Positions 28,085 through 40,222 of a stretch of DNA of 64,000 nt are shown piece by piece. The notes beneath the pieces are model-generated. The model saw only the letters and a program-made list of their open reading frames with translations, ran no database searches and was not told where the DNA came from. The stretch comes from Bugula neritina (lineage: Eukaryota > Animalia > Bryozoa). Both the position numbers and the translations under genes were made by a program. Where the stretch lies: the NCBI GenBank assembly GCA_964035545.1, contig OZ037766.1, positions 3,398,522 to 3,462,521 of the forward strand, given 5' to 3'. Numbering within the stretch: the first letter of the stretch is position 1; every line of letters begins with the position of its first letter.

Positions 28085-28390
28085 GACATCTTACAGTAGA
28101 CATCTTACAGTAGACAGCTTACAGTAGACAGCTTACAGTAGACAGCTTACAGTAGACAGCTTACAGTAGACAGCTTACAGTAGACTTCTTACAGTAGACA
28201 GCTTACAGTAGACAGCTTACAGTAGACTTCTTACAGTAGACAGCTCACAGTAGACAGCTTACAGTAGACAGCTTACAATAGACATCTTACAGTAGACATC
28301 TTACAGTAGACAGCTTACAGTAGACAGCTTACAGTAGACAGCTTACAGTAGACAGCTTACAGTAGACAGCTTACAGTAGACAGCTTAGAG
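28085..28390. repeat. 14-bp minisatellite (GACAGCTTACAGTA)n, about 22 units
   Basis: Head-to-tail units with minor variants and no spacers. Confidence 0.95.
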
Positions 28391-30124
28391 TTGAAGCTTT
28401 GTTTTTATTTTTAATTATAAATTAATCAATTATGATTACTTTTTACATTATTGAAAAAAAAATTGTGCAATGATTCACGTATACATACTATGGTCAAGTG
28501 TAGCTTTATGAAAGAAATTCGCCAAATTGAGTTTTAAATAAACAGATTTCTGCTACCAAACATAGCCATGAAATGAATATCAAATCTAAACCTTTAAATT
28601 AGAACATAAACAGCATAAACTTTACCTCATAAATAGACATAAAAAGAAAAATTGTTTATTGCCATATTATAATAGATTTCCTTATTGGATGGACACAGAA
28701 ATTTATTGAGCAGTGCCGGTTTTTATTTTAATAACTTAGTGACTTTTATTTGGACATAAATTCTTATGTTTATGCCAACTTTTAGCTCGAGTTTTATTGC
28801 TGTTCTTGTAAATATAGAAGTTATTTATATACATTTATAATTAATAATGTTTTGTGTGTTGCAGCAAGTGTTAGCACATTTCAACGTTTTACACTTGATA
28901 ATAATTATGACCCCATTCATAATAGGTTTAGACTATGAAATTGATGTAACAATTTTATTTTATGTGATATACAATAAATTGAGCCCTATAATTCAGTTTT
29001 ATTGTTGAAACATCTTTTTCAAACATGCAAAAGTAATTTCATATTATAAGCAAAACATTTAAGATTCAGAGATATTTTTACATTTTTTATAGCGAGCATC
29101 AAATCAAGTGAATTTATATCCTTTAATATGATATTAGATTTCAAAACTATTTCATTAAGCTATAAATATATCAAAGCTGTTGAATTGTTAAAAAGATTTG
29201 TTAAATAGAATTATTATATATTTTTGAACTGTCACATTTAGCCCACTATCATATTTCATAAAAAATATGCTATATTTAACTTTTAAGAAGGGGAAGATGC
29301 CCTTTTATAAAGCCTTGCAAGTTTTGAGTCTTACAGTGGAACTTGCAATAATTACGAAACAAAATAATTTAAAACTCAGGCCTCAAGTATAATTATTAAA
29401 TAATTAGGTAACTAAAAAAGTTAAAATTTTTTTTTTTATTTGATATTGAATATCTGATAAAACAATCATTCTATTATTAATGTATAGTGAGCTTAAAACT
29501 GTAATATCGTTTTAGTGTTTTGCAGCATAGAGTTAGGAATAATGTGCCATTCATTAAGATTGTAATATAACTAAAAAAATCATTTAATGCTTTAATTATG
29601 ATACAAATATATTTAATTAAAGGTCATATAAATGGATTGAAATATATATAAAATTGATTTAAGTTGCTTTAAATAAATAAAACAGTAATTTGATAATGTA
29701 TTGAATTCCAGTAAAATAATTCTATAGAGACAATTAAATATAGTTTAGAAACTTGTTAACCAAGCGGTTTGCATAAAAAAGCAATAGTTTTTGTTATAGG
29801 TATAATCTTTGCTGCAATTTTCATTACATAAGTTGCAAACTGTTTTGAGCTAAAACTTATACTAGGCAAAGCAATGTGAGTTTATATAGCACAAGTTTTT
29901 CAAAAGCTTTTGATAATTTGTAGTCTTATATGGTTTTTCAAATTAGTTTTAAACTTTTTTACTAAAATTCTGTTTAAAAAATTTATAACAATTATTTTTT
30001 TCTTATTAGCTATTTTTATATCCTTATGCTTGCACATAGTTGAATAACAAGCATAAAAATAACTTAGCTTGCTCTCAAGTAAAACACAATATTCTTTTAC
30101 TCAAATTTACTGCTAATTTATATA

Positions 30125-30586
30125 TGAAGACCTCAAAGGAAAAATGGCATATGTCCAATTTTGCGAATTTTCACAAATTGAAAATTAAAATTTGGAAACT
30201 TGCAACTGCTATCGATATGAATCAATTCTAACCAAATTTGATATTATGGTTTTTGAACATGTTTCAAACAACTAGACAAAAAGAAATTTGACCAAGTTTA
30301 CATAAAATACACAATTTGCTAGTCTAAAAATATTTCACATGCGCACCGTCATTGGTCAATTGTTATCACATGACTGGACATAAGTTATTTTTCTTTTGTG
30401 ATGACTGGACATAGGTCTTTGTTGCTTTGGGGTGGGTTTGAAATCCAGCCTTAAAACCATGGACAAAATTTGTTTTTCTCTTTGATAATTTTATGACTAA
30501 AACTTTAATACTTGAGCTATCCAAGGGAAGAAAAATCTCATTTTTTTTGAAAATGGACAAATGTCGTTTTTCTTTTGAGGTCTTCA
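30125..30586. mobile_element. MITE / non-autonomous DNA transposon, about 460 bp
   Basis: Imperfect ~40-bp terminal inverted repeats TGAAGACCTCAAAGGAAAAATGGCATATGTCCA...TGGACAAATGTCGTTTTTCTTTTGAGGTCTTCA flanked by TA (or ATAT); absent from the paralogous site at about 35420. Confidence 0.9.
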
Positions 30587-31080
30587 TATGTTATAAAAAG
30601 ATATTTGCTCGAAAATTGCGTGGCAGTTCATTTTTTATAATCTTTCCTTTTTTTTCTATTCTTATAATCAACTTTGTAAGGCTGTTAGTCTGATAGTTTA
30701 CTTGAACTTAAAAAAAGTTATACCTCTTTATTTCAGCATTTGAAATTCTATAACGCTGAGCTGAAAGAATTTTGCGTCACTGTTTTATTTATAGTCAATA
30801 CATGACTTGCTTTTTGCTAATGTGGAAGTAGATTTTAGTATCTAAAGATGATAGATTTAAATTAATCAGTGTTTTATATTCGTGTATAAAATTTACAAAA
30901 AATTGTTAAAATATATTAACTAAAAAACAAGGTAGTTTTGTTGCCAAATTTTCTACCGCTGCATCCTGTGTAACGCGTGTATTAATAAAATTGGAAACAT
31001 AAATTATCATATTTTCTTTTCCCACAAAGTGAAATCATTAAATGTCTGTCCAATGATCACTTCCTATATATACCGCACAT

Positions 31081-31172
31081 AGTGGTCAGTTATGATGCTA
31101 AAATTGTGCATATAAAGAAGGGAGTTTGGTTGGTGAAAGCAAACTGTTCTATACTCTCTACAAATACAGTTG
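31081..31172 (+). promoter_or_regulatory. Promoter and non-coding exon 1, peptide gene copy 6
   Basis: AGTGGTCAGTTATGATGCT, CATATAAAG near 31110, donor at 31173. Confidence 0.72.
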
Positions 31173-31520
31173 GTAAGTACACTAACATAATATTAGCCTA
31201 CAAACATATTAGTATATAGGAAGCTTGTTTTTTAAGTATACGTTGCTTTATTTTGAATTGGACTTAATCCATCTAAAATCAGTATTTGATAAAAAAGGAT
31301 TCAATTAAAAATATATATTGAAATTTGAATTATATTACATCGTTTGTGTAAATATGCTGGTTTTATGTTTTGTTTTTCTAGTTCCTTCAGTGACTTTATA
31401 ATTAGCACAATTTTATTAAGTATAATAATGTATGAAAGATGTTGCTATATATGCACACAATACTGTATAGAGTATTTTAATAAACTATTTTGATGACTAT
31501 TTCAGAATCAAACTATCAAC

Positions 31521-31667
31521 ATGAAGGTTCTTGCATTTTTCTTGGTTGCATTCCTTATCATTGCTGCTGCTACTGCCAGCTACAGACCTCACCGTAAGTC
31601 CTACTACCGCAAGCCAGTCTACAAACGACCTGTCTATGGAAAATACAACAAAGGAATCTACTACTAA
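31521..31667 (+). CDS. Secreted Tyr/Lys/Arg-rich peptide precursor, copy 6 (48 aa)
   Basis: Protein identical to copy 4; one synonymous change relative to copy 5. Confidence 0.93.
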   Translation: MKVLAFFLVAFLIIAAATASYRPHRKSYYRKPVYKRPVYGKYNKGIYY

Positions 31668-33327
31668 GTAAGTACTTAATATGTTAACATTTAATTATAT
31701 TCATGATATTATTTGTATTCCAGGTGCTTGCATACATGTTGAATACAATAGATTCGCCATAACATATAAGCACTTTTTACATTAGGATTCAATTTATATG
31801 CTTCAAGTTGCAGTAATAAGCATCTGCATATAAAAAACATAAACTGTATACTCTTTTCAATTTTTACCGGTTACAGTGAATGTTTGTTTTAAACTTCCTG
31901 TACATTGCATAATTTAACACCTTTCAAGTTTACTTTCAATCTATCATATTTTATCTGTGTGTATGTGACAACAGCCGTTATCTGTTATATGTAACTTTAT
32001 ATTATGCGGTTTTATCGAGTCTTTTTGAACTTATGAAATGTAGTAACAGTAACCCAAGTGGTTATAAACAGCTGATTATTTTAATGTTTTGTAGTTCATG
32101 CACTAACACGGACCTTCACACAGCCTCCAAATGACCTTGACATGATCTGACCACTCACCTTACAGCTAATATATAATTGCTCACATAAATTCGTTTTTGT
32201 TTTTCATTGTTGAAGTTTGAGAATTAAAATATATAAATAAGCAAACCCTAAAATTTGTATTTTGAATACCATATAAGGTGAATTACTCTCTTTTGCATAA
32301 ACTGCAACTTAAAGATTTAAAAACTGTATGACTTTATAGATTTAATAGCATTCAATTGTTTGAAACTTAATACAACATGCAACACAACCCGTGAAAACTC
32401 TAAAATTAAAGAAAAAAGTGATAAGTTCTACATTTGTTTTGAAAAATTTAGTAGCCATAATAAAGTTATATATGTATGTAGTTTAACTTTACATAAAAAT
32501 ATTTTGCTTTAACATCAAGCAAATATAACTTAATTATTATTATAGCAAAACATTGTTTAAACACATTAAGATGATTAAAATAACACGATCAGCTATATTT
32601 ATTATATTGAAAACTGCATCAATTTGCTAAAATTATATGAATGAAAGCAGCTTTTAATATTGAAAAAGCTGTCCTATGTATAGTTACATTTTTGAAAAAA
32701 ATGTTGTTTTTGCAAAGCGTTAATAAGTTACGGAAAACTGGCAAACTCTTAATAGTAGAGAAGACAATCCTCAGTATACCATGAGAAGTTACTGGTCATT
32801 TGAGAAATCAGTTTACATCAACTTGGTTTGACAGAAAGTGTATATTTGTAATTTTGCAGTCTGATTTTCATTGTTTCAAATATGAATTTCATTTTGATAT
32901 GTTTTCATAACAAATAAAACAACTGTTGTGTAAAGCTACAGATTTACCACTAAATAAAGTGGCATGTAATATAAATTTTTCTTCAATTCCCACATTATGC
33001 GTTTGCAGCACCTCAAAAATTGCACATAAACATACTCATTCTTCATTTAATTTTAAAAAGCAGCTAAAGTTTTGTTTTCATGTTCAACATAATTTCTAAA
33101 ATACAAACAGCCAACTAATTATGTTTTTGCAGCCGTAATTAAAATTACCAACATAGATTCAACAGAAAAGCCTCTATGTTGTGTGAAAAATAAATCAGAT
33201 TTACTCCAACAATGGCAGTATTCAAAATTTGAATGCTGTCAATTTGGAAAACCAAATTATTGCACACATGTTATTTCAATTTAGAATCATCTGCACAAAT
33301 AACTTTGCGTAAATAAGCAACTTGCAT

Positions 33328-33587
33328 GACATCTTACAGTAGACAGCTTACAGTAGACATCTTACAGTAGCCAGCTTACAGTAGACAGCTTACAGTAGAC
33401 AGCTTACAGTAGACAGCTTACAGTAGACAGCTTACAGTAGACAGCTTACAGTAGACAGCTTACAGTAGACAGCTTACAGTAGGCAGCTTACAGTAGACAG
33501 CTTACAGTAGACAGCTTACAGTAGACAGCTTACAGTAGACAGCTTACAGTAGACAGCTTACAGTAGACAGCTTACAGTAGACAGCTT
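33328..33587. repeat. 14-bp minisatellite (GACAGCTTACAGTA)n, about 18 units
   Basis: Paralogous position to 28085-28390. Confidence 0.95.
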
Positions 33588-34102
33588 TGTTTTTATTTTT
33601 AATTATAAATTAATCAATTACGATTACTTTTTACATTATTGGAAAAAAATTGTGCCATGATTCACGTATACATACTATGGTCAAGTGTAGCTTTATGAAA
33701 GAAATTCGCCAAAGTGAGTTTTAAATAAACAGTTTTCTGCTACCAAACATAGCCATAAATATCAAATCTAAATCTTTAAATTAGAACATAAACAGCATAA
33801 AGTTTACCTCGTAAATAGACATAAAAATAAAATTTGTTTATTGCCATATTATAATAGATTTCCTTATTGGATGGACACAGAAGTTGAAACATTATTGAGC
33901 AATGCCGGTTTTTATTTTAATAACTTAATGACTTTTATTTGGACATAAATTCTTATGTTTATGCCAACTTTTAGCTCGGGTTGTATCGCTGTTCTTGTAA
34001 CTACAGAAATTATTTATATACATATTTATAATTAATAATGTTTTGTGTGTTGCAGCAAATGTTAGCACATTTCAAAGTTTTACATTTGATAATAATTATG
34101 AG

Positions 34103-34303
34103 CCCATTCATAATAGGTTTAGACCATAAAATTGATGTAACAACTTTATTTTATGTGATATACAATAAAATAGGCCCTATAATTCAGTTTTATTGTTGAA
34201 ACCCATTCATAATACCTAGGTTTAGACTATGAAATTTGGGTAACAACTTTATTTTATGTGATATACAATAAAATAGGCCCTATAATTCAGTTTTATTGTT
34301 GAA
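34103..34303. repeat. Local ~100-bp tandem duplication
   Basis: CCCATTCATAATA...TTTTATTGTTGAAA occurs twice; single copy at about 28912-29010. Confidence 0.8.
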
Positions 34304-35916
34304 ACATTTTTTTCAAACATGCAAAAGTAATTTCATATTATAAGCAAAACATTTAAGATTCAGAGATATTTTTACATTTTTTATAGAGCATCAAATCAAG
34401 TGAATTTATATACTAATATGATATTAGACTTCAAGATTATTTCATTAAGCTATAAATATATCAAAGCTGTTGAACTGTTAAAAAGATTTGTTAAATAGAA
34501 TTATTACATATTTTTGAACTGTCACATTTAGCCCACTATCATATTTCATAAACAATATGCTATATTTAACTTTTAAGAAGGGGAAGATGCTCTTTTATAA
34601 AGCCTTGCAAGTTTTGCGTCTTACAGTGCAGAACTTGCAATAATTACGAACCAAAATAATTTAAAATTCAAGCTTCAAGTATAATTATTAAATGATTAGG
34701 TAACTAAAAAAGTTAAGATTTAATTTTTTTATTTGATATTGAATATCTGATAAAACAATCATTCTATTATTAATGTATAGTGAGCTTAAAACTTTAATAT
34801 CTTTTTAGTGTTTTGCAGCATAGAGTTAGGGATAATGTGCCATTCATTAAAATTGTAATATAACTAACAAAAAACCATTTAATGTTTTAATCCGATACAA
34901 ATATATTCAATTAAAGGTCATATGAATGGATTTGAAATAAATAAATAACATATAAAATTAATTTAAGTTGCTTTAAATAAATAAAACAGTAATCTGATAA
35001 TGTATTGAATTCTAGTAAAATAATTCTATATAGAGACAATTAGATATAGTTTAGAAACTTGTTAACCAACCCGTTTGCATAAAAAAGCAATAGTTTTTGT
35101 TATAGGTATAATGTTTGCTGCAATTTTCATTACATAAGTTACAAACTGTTTTGAGCTAAAACTTATACTAGGCAAAGCAATGTGAGTTTATATAGCACAA
35201 ATGTTTCAAAAGCTTTTGACAATTTGTAGTCTTATATGGTTTTTCAGATTAGTTTTGAACTTTTCTACTAAAATTCTATTTAAAAAATTCAAAATATTTT
35301 TTTTCTTATTTGCTATTTTTATATCCTGAGCTTGCACATAGTTGAATAACAAGCATAAAAATAGATTAGTTTGCACCGTGAGTAAAACAAAATATTCGTT
35401 TACTCAAATTTACTGCTAATTTATATGTTATAAAAAGATATTTGTTCGAAAATTTCGTGGCAGCTCATTTTTTATAATCTTTCCTTTTTTTTTATTTTTA
35501 TGATCAACTTTGTATAGCTGTTAGTCTGATAGATTACTTGAACTTTGAAAAAGTTATACCTCTTTATTTCAGCATTTGAAATTCTATAATGCCGAGCTGA
35601 AAGAATTTTGCGTCACTGTTTTATTTATAGTCGACACATGACTTGCTTTTTGCTAATGTGGAAGTACATTTTAATATCTAAAGATGATAGATTTAAATTA
35701 ATCAGTGTCTTATATTCGTGTATAAAGTTTACAAAAAATGTTGAAATATATTAACTAAAAACAAGGTAGTTTTGTTGCCAAATTTTCGACCGCTGCATCC
35801 TGTGTAACGCGTGTATTAATATAGAATTGGAAACATAAATTATCATATTTTCTTCTCCCACAAAGTGAAATCATTAAATGTCTGTCCAATGATTGCTTCC
35901 TATATATACCGCACAT

Positions 35917-36008
35917 AGTGGTCAGTTATGATGCTAAAATTGTGTATATAAAGAAGGGAGTTTGGTTGGTGAAAGCAAACTGTTCTATACTCTCTACAAA
36001 CACAGTTG
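35917..36008 (+). promoter_or_regulatory. Promoter and non-coding exon 1, peptide gene copy 7
   Basis: Same motif, TATATAAAG at 35945, donor at 36009. Confidence 0.72.
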
Positions 36009-36361
36009 GTAAGTACACTAACATAATATTAGCCTACAAACATATTAGCATATAAGAAGCTTGTTTTTTAAGTACATGAGTTTTATATTATTCTATTAAT
36101 TAAGCATAACTTTCATCAGAAATCAGTATTTGATAAAAATGATACAATTCATAATATTATATTTAAATAAAAATTACATACACTTTTTGTGCTTATAATA
36201 TTTTGGTTATTTATAAGTTCCTATTTCAGTGCCTTATTATATTAGCATATTTTTGTTAATTATTAGAAATTTTAAAAAATGCTGTCATATATAAACAATA
36301 TTGTATTCAGTTCTTTTATAATAAACTATTTTGATGACTATTTTAGAATCAAACTATCAAC

Positions 36362-36508
36362 ATGAAGGTTCTTGCATTTTTCTTGGTTGCATTCCTCATC
36401 ATTGCTGCTGCTACTGCCAGCTACAGACCTCACCGTAAGTCCTACTACCGCAAGCCAGTCTACAAACGACCTGTCTATGGAAAATACAACAAAGGAATCT
36501 ACTACTAA
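36362..36508 (+). CDS. Secreted Tyr/Lys/Arg-rich peptide precursor, copy 7 (48 aa)
   Basis: CDS nucleotide-identical to copy 5; probable 3'UTR exon after tttgcag at 36853 with AATAAA downstream. Confidence 0.93.
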   Translation: MKVLAFFLVAFLIIAAATASYRPHRKSYYRKPVYKRPVYGKYNKGIYY

Positions 36509-38442
36509 GTAAGTACTCAATATATTAGCAATTCAATTTGCTAACAATTTAGTTTAACTCGCAAGAATAGTATTGTAAATATAGAGTACAGCAATGCTAA
36601 ACATGTCAAACTTAATATGTTAATAGTCTTGCAAACAGTTTTATTGCACTTTTTGCATAACATACTGATTTTGAGCAATTAAGAATTATTTTGAATTAAA
36701 TTTGAGTTAAGTGAGTCCAGTATAATTATGATTCAACTGTTTAAAATTTCGATATAAAGATATTATTATAGTTTTGCTATAGTTGTCACTTTTTTATTTT
36801 TGTCAAATAGAAACAATGCTCTTTTCTAAAAACTGATTAATTTGTTTTTGCAGATTCAAGAACCATGGATCTTTTCACCTTCTCTCACAAACCCGCCTGA
36901 TGATTTTCTAACAGCCCTTTTCTTTTGCTTTTTAATTTTAAAATAAACTGTTTGTGTTAAATTTGTTATTGTTTGAAAGTTGAAATAAAATATATTTTTT
37001 CTTCCTGCAAAACTCTATTTTATGTTTATGTACTCTAGCCAGTATATCATTTTAGCAACTGCCTCATTTTAGCTATACTGTATGTATAAATTAGTTTTAG
37101 TAGCAAACAATTAAAGATAAGTAGCAAGCTTGGTAAAGCACATGTATATATATATAAATATCATAATAGCAGCTTTCATTAAAATTAACTCATACTTTAG
37201 AGATTGTGAAGTCCAGCATTCTAGAAACACCTGATACTCTCACTAGCCCAATTTGTTTGAAAACTGCAAAAAGTGAAAGCTGTTTAAAAAGTGCCATATT
37301 GAGCCAACAATGATATTTAGATAATTCCAAGTTGTCCTTGAAAGACATTCCTTAAATTGCTTAGCAGAGTTGTTCCCCCCAACTTTTTCATACATCCATA
37401 CACAGTTATATTACGCACCCAACTTCATTAGTTACACGCAAACTATGTGGTAAGGTCTTTCTCAGGCTATAAACAAGAGTTACTTGGCATGTTTTCATAC
37501 TTTAGTTTTGCAGTCATTGCTTTTTTAAACTGACTTAAAATTGTTTTACGGGCATTTCAAAAATCAACTTGCTATATAACGTTAACAATGAATATTTATT
37601 TAAGCTTTAAAACAAATAATATCGCAACTCATAAGCTTCTTTAAATAGTGATTGTCAAAAGAGTAAATCATGCAATTATCAGTTATATATATGCATATTG
37701 AGATGAATAGAATAATCTTAGTTTATGCTGTCATAATTAAAAGTTTATAGAAAATTTTATTTAGTTATCTTTTAAGAAAATGTAAGTTTTAGGCTCTGGT
37801 CGCTGATTGTAAAGAATTCTACAATCTAAGTTTTGTGGACACTTGCAAACACAACTCCTTATACTTTGATATTAAATCTAGTTTTACTTCACTCAAAAAG
37901 TTATTTTTGATTGTTGACTGTTTTATTCTCCTAGAATTGCCCTGTAAAACACCTTATGCTAAACATCTCAGACTTCTAAAGTAAACTTCTATACTATTTA
38001 CTGAAAGTTAACAGAAATAATGCAAAGTCAATAAGACAATGCACCTTTTACTATAATGTATTGTTTTTATATTATAGGTTGTACATAGCAATAGCTGCCT
38101 GAACTCAAAATATGTTTATTATCTTGAATATTCTTATATATTATGATGGTTTTAGTAGATTTGATAAAATAAATAATAGAAAAAATTATGTTTATACGTC
38201 ATTTTCAACAAAAATTTGAATATGCTTAAACTATACTAAGTTAATATTTTTTTAAAACAGCAGCAACATAGCTTTTGACAGCGTATGAATGCCAGGTAGC
38301 TGCCGCTATGTTTTTATAATAGCTACATTAAATATGCTTTCCTGCAGCCATTAAGATTTAATAAAAAGAAAGGCTTTTTCTACTTTAAAAGGCCTTCAAA
38401 CTTTTAAATTTTACTTTATTTAGTTCTGCAGAAGATTGCAAC

Positions 38443-40222
38443 ATGGAACGTAAGTTTTCTTATAATTACTAATACTTTGATATCAAAATAAAACTGACTA
38501 TTTTTAGCTAAAATCCACATTAATTCACTTTAAAAGTAGTATCATGCTGTTGATAACATTTATAAAAGTTTTATTTCAAATTATTTGGCAGGAAGAAACA
38601 ACTCTAAAAACAAGGGTGTGGTAAAGCAAGTGCAATTTATCAGAGCATTTTTCAAAAAAAAGTTCTGTAACTTGTATAATTATATTTGTAACCTGTATAT
38701 ATGAATAACTGCTTAAAGCAGTTTTGTTTTTGTTTCTCATTATTTTCAAAGTTCAGAAAAATCTGTGCAGATATAAAATAATTTTTTTGATCAAGAAATG
38801 ATTACAATATTTTAATAAAAAAGATATTAACAAAACTTGTTTCATATTTTTCTTAATATAAAGCTTGCTTTTCTGCTACCGCAAAAAATATTTTTTAGCA
38901 TTTCAATATCATATAAAATTACCTGCACAGCTATTATATCATACCTATTAGTTTGTTTTTAATTAACTCTGAAAGATTAAATTGGTTATAATAAACTGAA
39001 CCTAGTGTACTATTCAAATTTTTAATTTCTGCAGCTTTCACAATTTATAGAATGGGTAGGTTGCTCTTAGAAGTATTTTTGTATTTTCATAGGTTCTTAC
39101 CAGAAGAGTCTGTTGTTGAGAAAATCAGTTTCTAAGCAGTGCATGAACCTCTCCTTTCGAGCTGGAATGAACAGCACAGATGAGATATTTATGCATTGCT
39201 TCCAAAATTATTTTGATAGTGAAAATAATCATATAGAAGCAACAATGGATGAATATATTGAAGGCGAGGAAAAGGCGTCTCTTAATAAGGAGATATACGA
39301 ACTTGTTGAGTGGCTCAAGAACACGTACATACCATTTCGTTCAAGCTGGACCAATCAGCAAGAAGTTTACGATTTATTAGCCAATGGTCTGACTAGTTAT
39401 GCGGAACCACTTTTAGCTCAGCTGTTTGATGGTCCTAAAAAGCATGCCTTACTAGGAGTGTTTATCATTGTATGCAATCTTTATCTGTTGATGTTACAGG
39501 AGTTGATTGTAGTGGATGTGAATGTAGCTTTTCCAAGCCAATCAGAGTTCTGGTCACGACTTCAAGAAGACGGAGAAAAGTATTCTAAGTACGTGTATGC
39601 ATGCTATGCAGACATTTCGTCAGTACGACGTAAAATGGTGAGTAATATAGCCATAGAAAAGAGACAAGATACACCAAAGAGACGTACACCAGGAGTGATA
39701 TTTTTGAGAGTTTGGACTGATGAATGGTTTGTACCACCGGAAGTATTTATTGACTATACAGTTAGTATTGGGCCAGGAAAGTATCTTTTTGGTGATGTGC
39801 AGCAGTTGAATGATAGAGCACATGAATTTCGTCACAATTACTTACGAAATGTTGACGATGACTTCAGGAGGATTTTAAACAATCCATTAATTGCTTGGTC
39901 GGCATGGAAAAGCTGCTACAAATTATTGCCCAAATTCCAATGGTCTGAGAACAGCGAGCTTCAAGGCACATCTCCTGGGGAGGAACCAAGAACTAGTGGT
40001 AAAATAGAACCAAAAACTATCAAAGATGACAAGCAAGCAAAGAGTGCGGAAGAAAAAGCAAAAAGTGCAGAGGGTGAAGAACAAACAAAGAGTGCAGAGG
40101 GTGAAGAACAATCAAAGAGTGCAGAGGGTGAAGAACAAACAACGAGTGCAGAAGGTTCGAAACAAGCAAAGAGTGTGAAAAATAAACGGAAAAACAAAAA
40201 AGTAACTTATGCTTTTTTCTAA
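38443..40222 (+). CDS. Cry delta-endotoxin domain I-like family, paralog B (378 aa; exons 38443-38449, 39093-40222)
   Basis: ATGGAAC|gtaagt splices in frame to ttttcatag|GT giving MERSYQKSLLLRK...; core LLGVFIIVCNLYLLMLQELIVVD...EFWSRLQEDGEKYSKY; C-terminal KSAEGEEQT repeats. Gene model strong; domain call is by motif resemblance. Confidence 0.85.
40040..40175 (+). repeat. Coding 27-nt repeat (KSAEGEEQT-like, about 5 units)
   Basis: AAGAGTGCAGAGGGTGAAGAACAAACA units inside paralog B. Confidence 0.9.

Larger units (their letters stand above)
8860..36990 (+). repeat. Tandem array of seven 3.6-5.5 kb units, each with one secreted-peptide gene
   Basis: ATG spacings 3600, 4338, 4316, 4418, 5529 and 4841 bp; spacer sequences are recognisably homologous between units. 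Confidence 0.95.

Noticed and set aside
28085-33587. 14-bp arrays as CRISPR
   Set aside because: Contiguous units without unique spacers, no cas genes, eukaryotic context.
9281-36520. Recurrent minus-strand ORFs MSTYLVVDSFVVFSID...
   Set aside because: Antisense shadows of the real plus-strand peptide genes, which have promoter, splice sites and signal peptide.
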